From NCBI GenBank assembly GCA_044229975.1, contig JBGARZ010000001.1:992001-1056000 (forward strand): 64,000 bases of DNA, in the 5' to 3' direction. The notes below the pieces were generated by a model, which saw only the letters and a list, made by a program, of their open reading frames with translations, was not told where the DNA came from and ran no database searches. Shown here one piece after another: positions 31,101-39,380 of the stretch. Each line of letters begins with the position of its first letter. Position 1 is the stretch's first letter. A program made the translations under genes and the position numbers. The DNA is from Polyangiales bacterium (GTDB taxonomy: Bacteria > Myxococcota_A > Polyangia > Polyangiales > Ga0077539).

Positions 31101-31769
31101 GACGAGGGTCATCGCGGCGTCGGGCGCGGCGTCGGCGATGCGGAAGAGGTGGCGTTCGAGGAGCTGCCGGTGGACCGGGTCGAGCTCCCCTGCGACGGCG
31201 CGCAGGCGGTCGGCGAAGATGCCGCCGAGGACGTCGGGCGCGTAGCGGGCGAGGCGCTTCCAGAAGATGTTGCTGGGTCGCTGGAGGGCCTGCGCGAGGT
31301 GCTTGCGGATGCCCTCGGGGGTGCCGAGCGGGACGAAGTCGGCGAAGTCGTGGACGTCGGTGCGCGACGCGAGCCAGTCGAGGTGACGATCGACGACGGG
31401 GCCTCGGTCGCCCGCGCGGAGGTACACCGCGAGCACGCGGTCGCGGCGCAAGGTGAAGGCGATCTGGAGGGCTTCGACAGCCTGCGCGTCGTCGCAGCGC
31501 AGCGGGACGAGCGTGAAGGCCAGGGCGCGCACCCGGCGCGACGGGTCTTCGAGCGCGCGGAGCACGCGGGCGCCATCGTCCAGGGTGTAGCTGGCGAGCA
31601 GGCCCAGGCGTCGCTCGTAGGCGTCCCCGGCAGAGAGGTCGTCGAGGAGGGCGCGGGCGTCGGGGCGGGTGGCCGCGTCGCGTCCGAGGTCGAGCGCGCG
31701 GTTGAGGCGACCGCGGTCGTGGGTGGCGTCGAGCTCGCGCCGCAGACGGGACAGGTCGAGGTTGGCCAT
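28170..31769 (-). CDS. Large (~1200 aa) helical/HEAT-like repeat protein of unknown function
   Basis: Long ORF with GC-rich third codon positions. HEAT-like DPSRRVRALA, EQDPVRGAM, LADDTRPAVREKA, HRDVRIA. Start placed at MANLDL because the upstream extension overlaps the divergent methyltransferase. Confidence 0.75.
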   Translation of the reverse strand: MANLDLSRLRRELDATHDRGRLNRALDLGRDAATRPDARALLDDLSAGDAYERRLGLLASYTLDDGARVLRALEDPSRRVRALAFTLVPLRCDDAQAVEALQIAFTLRRDRVLAVYLRAGDRGPVVDRHLDWLASRTDVHDFADFVPLGTPEGIRKHLAQALQRPSNIFWKRLARYAPDVLGGIFADRLRAVAGELDPVHRQLLERHLFRIADAAPDAAMTLVELRQSRGIQTPALVWRRLVARRPTVTLSVMIRCNVAITDGLFARVVEALSPTSLDTLMRRAPRALGDPEKFVSRLDPEARKAALAAWVDQLRAHPKWIVDQGLAYWGRGLLGFIDDVNARDFAYDRWSEGARDRDGVISITEVAKLPSEYREREGRRHLHGVVALGTRPAQRLQYARFLPWDEAESALRVFIGHPEGGMRGAALTTLFAVAEMRPDEPALADRCLALALARKNEQDPVRGAMVQALLRWPRGVWRKEHTDALGQMVRDALDASDCSPTTAALLEALVVRRFDLDPAWAARWLFTLVKERGRIHDPLFARHLSDDDLTVAAPAIMEVARNWAARENGLPLLNLARGVGKRMALVPGLGALVVTVLAESVWEYSAAQAADVLRLFDRSRLEAALPTMVRRWYDKAWVSSLVALAQAWDTKPLPDELGAAVERVARGNWLPGQIHAALVALRARDLPRFDRVVEALLKIDESLVCFPEVHRYLHARRQDLLDPFLGHRVITGRFATGKTRWILPFDRGFHRWNPAQSTRFHGTLSDLVGERERDTPTVFGALVILPRIEFAPADSLCALADDTRPAVREKAIRVMARCDAAQGVPTLLSCLDDARARIAIYGLRRALRDVPPGRVVTMLAAVSLKKVTVAKEVLRILGELRHASAYDLLLEVERRSIHRDVRIALLRALWDHLEREPTWEVFARAVAGDDWVMASRLGDIPADRLTITSDRRLSALLAKVLERPEPEARIDLLGRAAMLAVRDPERAFLRACGARLGSPYDDEVRAAMTALMHRADEGDMATLGPMIEAVRDDARALSVGVGALLALPLQQRAVWREAGAAAERALEGDARLTALRVRCGVAWREPQPWAAWVQSLVEHGATDHDVMSAVSAGVQALPVATMRELTERWMASGSPALRRAAVWCLERDAGVGRGWTPERLDRLRALQADEVAEVAGAARRVFPPREMVDPRYRERGKRE

Positions 31770-31854
31770 CGGGCGACGATGCACCCGCAGCGCGGGCCGC
31801 GGCAACCGCACGCGGGGGGCACCCAGCGCCGCGAGGTCGGCGTATACCGCGGCC

Positions 31855-32994
31855 ATGAACGCCCGCGTCCAGAGTGACCATGACGAGTTCGCCTCCGTCC
31901 CCACGACCGCGCTCCCCGCGCCGCCGCCCGCGTGGGCGATTCGCGCGGTCCTCGGTCTACGGGGGCTGCTGGTGCGCGCGACCAACGCCATCCTCCCTCC
32001 GGAGGTGATGGTCATCGAGCGCGCCACCGGCGCGGGCCACACCATGGCCGTCGGAACCTTCGCCCGCCTCCGCATCGCCGACCTGCTCGACGACGGCCCG
32101 CTGTCCGGCGCGGACATCGCGGCGCGGCTCGGCACCGACCCCGACGCGACCTTCCGGCTGATGCACTCCATGGCCTCCATCGACTTCGTGACGATGGACG
32201 GCGAGCGGCGCTTCTCCCACGGCCGGGCGTCGCGGGCGATGCGCTCCAACGAGGTGATGCGCGCGCGCGACTTCGCCGAGTACTTCGCGAGCGAGAGCAA
32301 CCTCCGCGCGTGGCTGGACTTCGGCGAGACGCTGCGCACCGGCAAGTGCGCCTTCGACCGGGTGCATGGGATGAGCGTGTGGGACTGGTTCGACGCGCAC
32401 CCCGACGAGCGCGAGTGCTTCGCCCGCGCGATGACGGGCCTCACGCTGGCCGACGCGCCCTTCGTCGCGGGGACGTACCCCTTCGGCGAGGTGCAGACGG
32501 TCTGCGACGTGGGCGGCGGCCGCGGCGCGCTGCTCTCGGAGATCCTGCTCCGTCATCCGCACCTGCGCGGGACGCTCACCGACAACCCGCGCGTGCTCGA
32601 CGACGCCCGCAAGCTGCTCGACCGTCGCGGCGTCGCCGACCGCGTGACCCTGTCCCCTGGGAGCTTCTTCGAGAGCGTCCCGGCGGGCGCCGACCTCTAC
32701 ACCCTCAAGAACATCGTCCACGACTGGGACGACGCCCGCTCGGAGACCATCCTCCGCAACGTGCGCGCGGCGATGAAGCCTGGGCAGAAGGTGCTGCTGC
32801 TGGAGAGCATCCTCGACCGCACGAAGCCCGATCCCCTCGTCACCCCCGCCGACCTCCAGATGATGATGATCTGCGGCGAGGGGCGCGAGCGCGACGAGGC
32901 CGACTTCCATCGCCTGTTTCGGGCGACGGGCTTCGCGCCGGGGCGCACCTGGGCGATGCCCACCGTCGGGCTCATCGAAGGCGTCGCGCGCTGA
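31855..32994 (+). CDS. SAM-dependent O-methyltransferase (class II, with dimerisation domain)
   Basis: LRIADLL..GP, VCDVGGGRG, GSFFESVPAGADLYTLKNIVHDW, GRERDE. Confidence 0.92.
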   Translation: MNARVQSDHDEFASVPTTALPAPPPAWAIRAVLGLRGLLVRATNAILPPEVMVIERATGAGHTMAVGTFARLRIADLLDDGPLSGADIAARLGTDPDATFRLMHSMASIDFVTMDGERRFSHGRASRAMRSNEVMRARDFAEYFASESNLRAWLDFGETLRTGKCAFDRVHGMSVWDWFDAHPDERECFARAMTGLTLADAPFVAGTYPFGEVQTVCDVGGGRGALLSEILLRHPHLRGTLTDNPRVLDDARKLLDRRGVADRVTLSPGSFFESVPAGADLYTLKNIVHDWDDARSETILRNVRAAMKPGQKVLLLESILDRTKPDPLVTPADLQMMMICGEGRERDEADFHRLFRATGFAPGRTWAMPTVGLIEGVAR

Positions 32995-32995
32995 G

Positions 32996-34366
32996 CTACT
33001 CGACCACCCGCCGCACCACGCCCTCGTCGGCGAGGTCGACGCTCGTCTGCTGCTTGGGCTCGCTGCCATCGGCGAGCCGCATCACCTCGGTGAAGGGCTG
33101 ATCGAACAGCTCCGGCGCGCGCACCCCCGACAGCACCAGCACCCAGCGCCCGTCTTCGAGTTCGAGCACGCTGCCCGGCGGATATCGACCCACCCGGTTG
33201 ACGAAGAGCTGGAGCAGCGCCGGGTCGTACTCGATGCCCTTCGACGCGTACATCCGCGCCAGCGCCGTCGGCGGCGACATCAGCGCGCCGCCCGGTCGGT
33301 AGCGCGTGAGCGTCTCGAAGTCGTCGGCGATGTGGATGATGCGCGCGAAGAGCGACGCTCCATCAGACGCCCGGTACGGCTTGTGGTGCTCCAGGCAGGC
33401 CAGCATTCGATGGATGCGCGCCTCGTGGAAGCCCCGCTGCGCCAGCAGGCTGCGCACGGCCGCGCTGCCGTGCCGACTGAAGGGCGGCGCGTAGCCGTCC
33501 TCGTCCGTCGCGTAGCCGAGGTCGTGGTAGCAGGCCGTCACGCCGAGGTCGGCGAGCACCGTGTCGGGCAGGCCGAGCTCGCGGCCGATGAGCACGGCGA
33601 GGGCGGCCACCTGCGAGCTGTGGCGGGAGATGGCTGCGGTGTTTCGGTCGATGCGCGAGCGAGCGATGCTCTCCTCTTCGGACTGCGCCGGGAGGTCGAC
33701 GAGCTCGTTGATCATCTTGCGAACGGGCAGCGGGTTGGCCGCGCGCCCGGCCGCGAGCCCCGCCCAGAGGCCGTCGATGACCCCGGCCGCGCGGTGCATG
33801 ATGGCCCCGACGTCCTGGTCGAGCCGGCGGTGCTCGTCCTTCATGCGGTAGCGAAACACCGGCAGCAGCTCGATGGCGTTGAGCCCCTCGGACTCCAGCG
33901 CGGCCTGGAGCGTCGCGCGCGGATGATCGACGGCGGCCTCGGTCATGGCGCGCACCACCACGCGGCGCCACTGGTCCATGGTGAAGGTCGCGTGGAGGTT
34001 GAGCCCGCCCACCTGGTGCCGCAGCCACAGCGCCGCGAAGCCGTCCTCCGGGTCGATGCGGTCGTCCAGGCGGAGGCGCTGGTCGTTCACGTAGACCTGA
34101 TCTTCGACCATGATGACCTGCACCAGACCGAGCAGGTCGCGCAGCGCCGTGAGCGAGCGCTCCAGGTCACGCAAGGGCGCCTCGAAGGCCATGTTGCCCA
34201 CGTCGTGGAAGCGGGTCATCCGCATCGCGCCGGTGAGCATCCGCACAAACTGCTCGCCCAGCTCGCGCACCTTCGCGGCCAGCTCGCGGTCGTCCCCGGC
34301 CCTCGCCCGGTCGAGCGCCGCGCCAACGTCCCGCTGCGCCTGTCCGACCTCGTCGAGCTCGCTCAC
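32996..34366 (-). CDS. HD-GYP-like protein lacking the GYP loop
   Basis: GTG 34366 overlaps the upstream stop (GTGA). RHSSQVA, YHDLG, LEHH, ARIIHIADDFETLT, YDPALLQLF..VGRYPPGSVLEL. Confidence 0.75.
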   Translation of the reverse strand: MSELDEVGQAQRDVGAALDRARAGDDRELAAKVRELGEQFVRMLTGAMRMTRFHDVGNMAFEAPLRDLERSLTALRDLLGLVQVIMVEDQVYVNDQRLRLDDRIDPEDGFAALWLRHQVGGLNLHATFTMDQWRRVVVRAMTEAAVDHPRATLQAALESEGLNAIELLPVFRYRMKDEHRRLDQDVGAIMHRAAGVIDGLWAGLAAGRAANPLPVRKMINELVDLPAQSEEESIARSRIDRNTAAISRHSSQVAALAVLIGRELGLPDTVLADLGVTACYHDLGYATDEDGYAPPFSRHGSAAVRSLLAQRGFHEARIHRMLACLEHHKPYRASDGASLFARIIHIADDFETLTRYRPGGALMSPPTALARMYASKGIEYDPALLQLFVNRVGRYPPGSVLELEDGRWVLVLSGVRAPELFDQPFTEVMRLADGSEPKQQTSVDLADEGVVRRVVE

Positions 34367-36924
34367 GGCGTCCCCCCGGCCCGCTGCGCCCGCTCGCTGA
34401 CGGCGTCGTCCACCGCGCGCCGCAGCGCCTCCGACGTCACCGTTGCGGCCAGCTCGCGCAGCACCCCGTCGGCCTCGTCGCTCGGGTGCCGCGCGAGGCC
34501 CGCCGCGACCGCCCGCACGCGCGCCGTGTGCGCGTCGCTCTTGACGAGGCGCTGGATGATCCCCGGCGGCTTCGCCCACTCGCGGAAGGCTTCGAGCGCC
34601 CGCGCGCCATCGACGAGCGTCATGGCCCGCCCGACCGCGGCCATCTCCTCGGGCGACGACGAGCGCTCGTCCGCGCGGTGCTCGGCGTGGCGCTGCAGCA
34701 GCGTGAACGCCCCCGGCTCGCGGTGCTCCCCGATGGCCTCGACGGTGCGTACGCGCAGCGTCTCGCTGCTCGACCGCAGGAGGTGCACGAGCACGCCGCG
34801 GGTGGACGTGTCCGTCTTGCCCACCGCCGTCAGCCGGAGAAATTCCATCTGGAGTTCGTCGTCCTCGCCGGACATGAGCGTCGCGGCCACCAACGAGGGC
34901 GCGTCGGGGAGCTTCTCGGAGAGCGTTCGCAGGAGGTCGGCGGCGAGGCTGCCGCGCGTCTCGCGCATGCGGGCGATGACCACGTCGGCGCGCATCGGGA
35001 GGAAGCCCTCCAGGAGCTCGCGCAGCACGCGGCGATCGTGCTCCGAGCGCTCGGACGCGAGCAGGTCGAGCAGCACCGGAACCGGGTCGTAGGGGAGCGA
35101 GTGCAGCAGGTTGGTGAGCTCGGCCGGCGCGGCCGTGGCGTCGTTGGGCACCGATCGAATGAGCTTCTGCACGGCGCGCTGATCGAAGAAGCCGGAGACC
35201 AGCGGACCGACCTGCTCGGAGAGCTCGGGGTGCCCGTCGGCGAAGGACGTGAGCACGTCGAAGAGCGCCAGGAGCTGCAGGAGGCGACTGTCCGAGAGAA
35301 GGAAGTCGCGGGCTTCGCGCACGAGCGGCGAGACCTCGTCGAAGTGCAGCGGGTCGGTCGGGTCGCCCGCCACGACGAGCAGGCGCTTGATGAGGTCGAT
35401 GGTCACCTGCGGCAGTCGCGGCGACGCGCACTCGGCGACCAGCGTCGCGCGCTGCTCCTCGCTGACGGCCGACGCCGCCACACGCACCGGGTCAGGCAGC
35501 CGCGGAACCGGGAGGTCGAAGTCCGCGGGAACCTTCGCCGACGCCGCGATGGCGACCGCCGCAAACCCGCCGCCGCCTCCGCCCTCGGCACCGGGCCCGG
35601 AGCTGTCATCGTCGTCGGGGACGAAGCCCTCGATGGACTCGATGGTGATGTGATGGAAGCCGGCCTTCCAGAGCAGCGTGACGAGGTCATCTTCGTCATG
35701 CCGCACGCCCACGAAGCGGATCGACAGGATCTCCAGCAGCTTGGTGAGCTCGGGCCAGGTGGTGTCGGCGTCGAGGGTGAGCTTGCGCACGCCGTCGCGG
35801 AAGAGCTTGAGGGCGAGCGAGCGCTCCCGCTCGCGCTCGATGTAGACGACCTCCTGGTCGAGCACGAGCTCGAAGGGGCGCACCGTCAGCGGGAGCTCCC
35901 CATACGTGGCGAGGTATGCCGCGAAGGTGTTGCGGACGGCGTCGAGGAAGCCGCGCACGGCCTGGTTGCTGGGGTCGTAGATGAGGTAGCTGCGAGAGGC
36001 GCGCGCGAGGGCCAGCATGCACGCGTGGGCGGCGACGGCGCGGTCGCTCCCCTGGAGGGCCGTCTCGCTCTCGCCCTCCAGCAGCGGCGTGGAGGGACGC
36101 GCGGCGGGGATGCTCCCAGGCGCGCTGGAGAGTCGGAGCGGCGGGAGCGACGCGTAGGCCGAGTCGCCGGCGGCGGGCGCCGCGCGGCTCAGGCTCTTGG
36201 TGGGCGCAGCGACGCGGCGGGGTGCGACGGTGGGGGGCGGCGCACCGCGGCGTGCAAGGGGCGGCGCGGGCGTGAGGTCATCGAGCTCGAAGCGCTCGGG
36301 AATGGACGGGCCGCGCGAGACCCTCACGACGTCGTCGAGGGGGCGCGCGGGCGGCGGGGCGGTCTTCGCGCCGGGCGCGGCGGACAGCCGGGCGGTCTGC
36401 GCGAAGGGGTCTTCGGCGGGTTCGGCGAAGGGGTCTTCCATCGGCAGCGCGGGGCCGCGGGAGTGGCTCGGCGGCGCGGGCCGGAGGGGCGGCGGGCGCG
36501 ACGACGACCGCGGCGGGCCGACGACGAGGTTGAGCGGAGACGACGTGCGGCGCGGCGGCAGCGGAACGTCGGGCAGCACCTCGACCTTCGGCACCTCGTC
36601 GTCGTCGACGGGCTCGGCGCGCGGGTCGACCCTGGGAAAGCCCGCGCCGCTGCTGTGACGGCCCACGGGCGGAGGCTTCATCGTGGGGATGGCGACGGCG
36701 GGATGGGTTCCGCTCGACTCGGGGCGCCGCGGGGGCGCGATGTCGAGGACGACCGCGGGGGGCAGCGAGGCGCTGCGCGGTGCGAGAAACGGCGGCAGCG
36801 CGGGGACGGACTCGACCGAGTCCCGCCGCGGCGGAGCACCGATGGGCAGCGACGGCCGACGGATCGACGGACCCTCCGTCTGCTCGTTGCCCGCCGGGGG
36901 CTCGGAGCGGTCTCGGTTCGACAT
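34363..36924 (-). CDS. HEAT-repeat protein with a long Pro/Ser/Arg-rich N-terminal region
   Basis: About 280 aa of low-complexity sequence, then LARASRSYLIYDPSN...LFRDGVRKL...DDLVTLLW, then C-terminal HEAT-like repeats. Confidence 0.75.
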   Translation of the reverse strand: MSNRDRSEPPAGNEQTEGPSIRRPSLPIGAPPRRDSVESVPALPPFLAPRSASLPPAVVLDIAPPRRPESSGTHPAVAIPTMKPPPVGRHSSGAGFPRVDPRAEPVDDDEVPKVEVLPDVPLPPRRTSSPLNLVVGPPRSSSRPPPLRPAPPSHSRGPALPMEDPFAEPAEDPFAQTARLSAAPGAKTAPPPARPLDDVVRVSRGPSIPERFELDDLTPAPPLARRGAPPPTVAPRRVAAPTKSLSRAAPAAGDSAYASLPPLRLSSAPGSIPAARPSTPLLEGESETALQGSDRAVAAHACMLALARASRSYLIYDPSNQAVRGFLDAVRNTFAAYLATYGELPLTVRPFELVLDQEVVYIERERERSLALKLFRDGVRKLTLDADTTWPELTKLLEILSIRFVGVRHDEDDLVTLLWKAGFHHITIESIEGFVPDDDDSSGPGAEGGGGGGFAAVAIAASAKVPADFDLPVPRLPDPVRVAASAVSEEQRATLVAECASPRLPQVTIDLIKRLLVVAGDPTDPLHFDEVSPLVREARDFLLSDSRLLQLLALFDVLTSFADGHPELSEQVGPLVSGFFDQRAVQKLIRSVPNDATAAPAELTNLLHSLPYDPVPVLLDLLASERSEHDRRVLRELLEGFLPMRADVVIARMRETRGSLAADLLRTLSEKLPDAPSLVAATLMSGEDDELQMEFLRLTAVGKTDTSTRGVLVHLLRSSSETLRVRTVEAIGEHREPGAFTLLQRHAEHRADERSSSPEEMAAVGRAMTLVDGARALEAFREWAKPPGIIQRLVKSDAHTARVRAVAAGLARHPSDEADGVLRELAATVTSEALRRAVDDAVSERAQRAGGTP

Positions 36925-37009
36925 GGGTAGGCGTGACCTCCGCGCCCCTGAGGTAACGCCTCCCGACAAGCGGGATCAAGAGATTCCGCCCCCCGTCGCG
37001 GTGCGTCGA

Positions 37010-39265
37010 TCAGTAGTCCACGACCGCGTCAAAGGCCGCGTCGCTGTGGAGCGGTAGCGCGAGCGAGCGCTCGGTGAGGCCATGGAGGTAGCGGTAGCGC
37101 GCGAGGTTTTGCACCACCCGGCGCACATACCCGCGGGTCTCGTCGAAGGGGATGTGCTCGACGAAGGCGTCGACCTCGTCGGCGCCGTGCTCGCGCATCC
37201 AGCGGTTCATGGCGCCCGGGCCGGCGTTGAAGCTCCCGATGGAGCGGGGCAGCACCGAGCGGTACTGGCGGTAGAGCCGACCGATGTAGTGACCCGCGAC
37301 GCGGATGTTGTACGCGGGCTCGAAGAGCTGATCTTCGGTGAAGGAAATACCCAGCTCGGCCGCGACCCGACGCGTCGTCGGCGGAACCATCTGGAGCAGC
37401 CCGATGGCGCGAGCCGTGGAGACGTCGCGCGCGTTGAAGCCGCTCTCCTGGCGCATGATGGCGAAGAGGTAGTCGCGCGGCAGGCCGTTGGCGTCTTCGG
37501 CCGCCTCGACCAGCGGCGCGAAGGGCCGCGGAAACCCAGCGTCCCAGACCCACCGGGTGTTGGCGTTCGGGAGCTGGTCGAGGGCGTCGGCGTGACGCGA
37601 CGACAGGACAAACGCCCGACGTGCATCGCCCAGGGCGAGGTAGGCCCCGGCGAGCACCTCGTCGGCGCGATCGCGCGGCAGCGTCGCGCGCAGGGCGTCC
37701 TCGTCGGTGACCACCACGTCAGCGGCCTCGCGGTCGAAGCCCAGCGCCGAGAGCCAGCGCGCCCGCGGCGGGAGGATCACCGTCGGCCGCGGCCTCGCGG
37801 GCGGCGGCGGCGGAGGTGCGTCGACGGTCTCGCCCTGGGCCCTCAGCCGCGTCTCGGCGAGCAGCGCGTACCAGGTGAGCGGTCGATGCGCGATGAGCCC
37901 GCGCCACCCTGCGACGGCCGCCGTGGGGTCGCCCGCGCGCAGCCTCGCGACGGCCGACCAGTACCGGCCGCGGCCGCGTTCGAGATGGTGCGTGGCGATG
38001 TCACCGGAGCGCGCGAGCGGCTCCACCGCATCGGCGTACTGACCGGCGGAGAAGAGCGTCCACCCGAGGTGCCAGGCGGCGTCGACGCGCAGGCGCGACG
38101 GGGCGTCGGGCCGATCGCGGAGGTAGGCGCGCCATCGCCCGACGGCCTCGTCCAACCGCGCGTGACGGGACGCGAGCCACGCCGCGCGGAAGGCCGCCTC
38201 GTCGCTCCAGCGACCACGCAGCGAGCGGGCAACGGCGTCGTAGGCGCGCACCGCGTCGTCGTCCTGGTCGGCCCGCGAGAGCGCCCGCGCGGCCATGAAC
38301 GCGTCCTCGTCCCGGTCGTTGTTGAGGGGATTGCGCGCGGCGACGGAGAGCCAACGGTGCGCCTCGGGGTACCTCCCGCGCGCCCCGAAAAACGCCCTGC
38401 CCAGGAGGTGCACCCGCCGCGCCTCGTCGCGTCCCGTGAGCGTCGGGATGGCCTGCAGCGCCTCGATGGCCTCCGTGTGCCGCGCCCGCTCCAATAGCGT
38501 CGCCGCGCGCTCCATCGACTGCGCCGGGCTGAGGGGCGTCGCCGCGCGCACCAGCGCCGCGAGACCCTGGATGCCCGCTGGGGTGTCGGGCTCATCGACG
38601 GCCAGGCGACGGCGCGCCTCGCGAGCGGCGTTGATGTCCCCGGCGGCGTCGAGCGCCTCGAGGGCCAGTCGCCACGCGCGCGGTCGGTCGATGCCCGGAG
38701 GCGGGTGGGCGACCCAGGCGCGCATCGCGTCGGTGGCCGCGCGGCGATCGCCCGCCGACCACGCCTCGAGCGTGGCGTGGGTGCGATCGCGACCGGCGCC
38801 GCCCCGAAGGCTGAGGGCCTCGTAGGCGGCGCGCGACTCGGCGTGTCGACCGGCGGCCGAGAGCGCCGCGGCCTCCATGCGACGGGCGTCGAGGGAGAGC
38901 GCGGGGAGCGCGGCGGCGAGCCCGGTGAGCTGCGTGAGGGCGAAGGCCGCATCGCCCCGATCGAGCGCCACGCGCGCGGCAATGAAGCGCGCCTCGGGTC
39001 GGGCCTGCTCCGCAGCCGGGAGCCGTTGGAGCGCGGCCAGGACGGACGAGCGATCGCCCGCGCGCACCATCGCGACGACGGCGGCGAGCGACGGCGGGGA
39101 GGAGGGCTCCACCGCGGCGTCGTCGACGCCCGCGTCGGGCGCACCCGCGGTCGGAGCCGGGCGCGGCGCAGACCGCATCGGGCGTCGCGGCGGCGTCGGC
39201 GCGGGGTCACGCACGCAGCCCGCGAGCGCGACGAGGCCCAGGAGATGTCGTCCGCGGATCGCCAC
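37010..39265 (-). CDS. Slt70-like lytic transglycosylase lipoprotein with TPR repeats
   Basis: Lipobox LAGC. TPR-like helices. AIMRQESGF, AIGLLQM, FNAGPG, IPFDETRGYV. Confidence 0.92.
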   Translation of the reverse strand: MAIRGRHLLGLVALAGCVRDPAPTPPRRPMRSAPRPAPTAGAPDAGVDDAAVEPSSPPSLAAVVAMVRAGDRSSVLAALQRLPAAEQARPEARFIAARVALDRGDAAFALTQLTGLAAALPALSLDARRMEAAALSAAGRHAESRAAYEALSLRGGAGRDRTHATLEAWSAGDRRAATDAMRAWVAHPPPGIDRPRAWRLALEALDAAGDINAAREARRRLAVDEPDTPAGIQGLAALVRAATPLSPAQSMERAATLLERARHTEAIEALQAIPTLTGRDEARRVHLLGRAFFGARGRYPEAHRWLSVAARNPLNNDRDEDAFMAARALSRADQDDDAVRAYDAVARSLRGRWSDEAAFRAAWLASRHARLDEAVGRWRAYLRDRPDAPSRLRVDAAWHLGWTLFSAGQYADAVEPLARSGDIATHHLERGRGRYWSAVARLRAGDPTAAVAGWRGLIAHRPLTWYALLAETRLRAQGETVDAPPPPPPARPRPTVILPPRARWLSALGFDREAADVVVTDEDALRATLPRDRADEVLAGAYLALGDARRAFVLSSRHADALDQLPNANTRWVWDAGFPRPFAPLVEAAEDANGLPRDYLFAIMRQESGFNARDVSTARAIGLLQMVPPTTRRVAAELGISFTEDQLFEPAYNIRVAGHYIGRLYRQYRSVLPRSIGSFNAGPGAMNRWMREHGADEVDAFVEHIPFDETRGYVRRVVQNLARYRYLHGLTERSLALPLHSDAAFDAVVDY

Positions 39266-39380
39266 CGTTCAGGGCTGAACCGCCTACCACACCCGGAGCC
39301 CCTGTTGGCGTCACAGCCCGCGAAGTCCGTCGGCGGTGGCCGGAAGGCTGTGTGGTAGCGTCGGGTGTGCGGTGCGCGAC

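Noticed and set aside
31770..32444. N-terminal 225 aa of the 1424-aa ORF
   Set aside because: Antisense to the O-methyltransferase. The start was moved to 31769.
34367..35431. Possible fusion or frameshift between the HEAT and HD genes (811-aa ORF)
   Set aside because: The extension is an Arg-rich off-frame reading of the HEAT gene. A clean GTGA coupling explains the junction.
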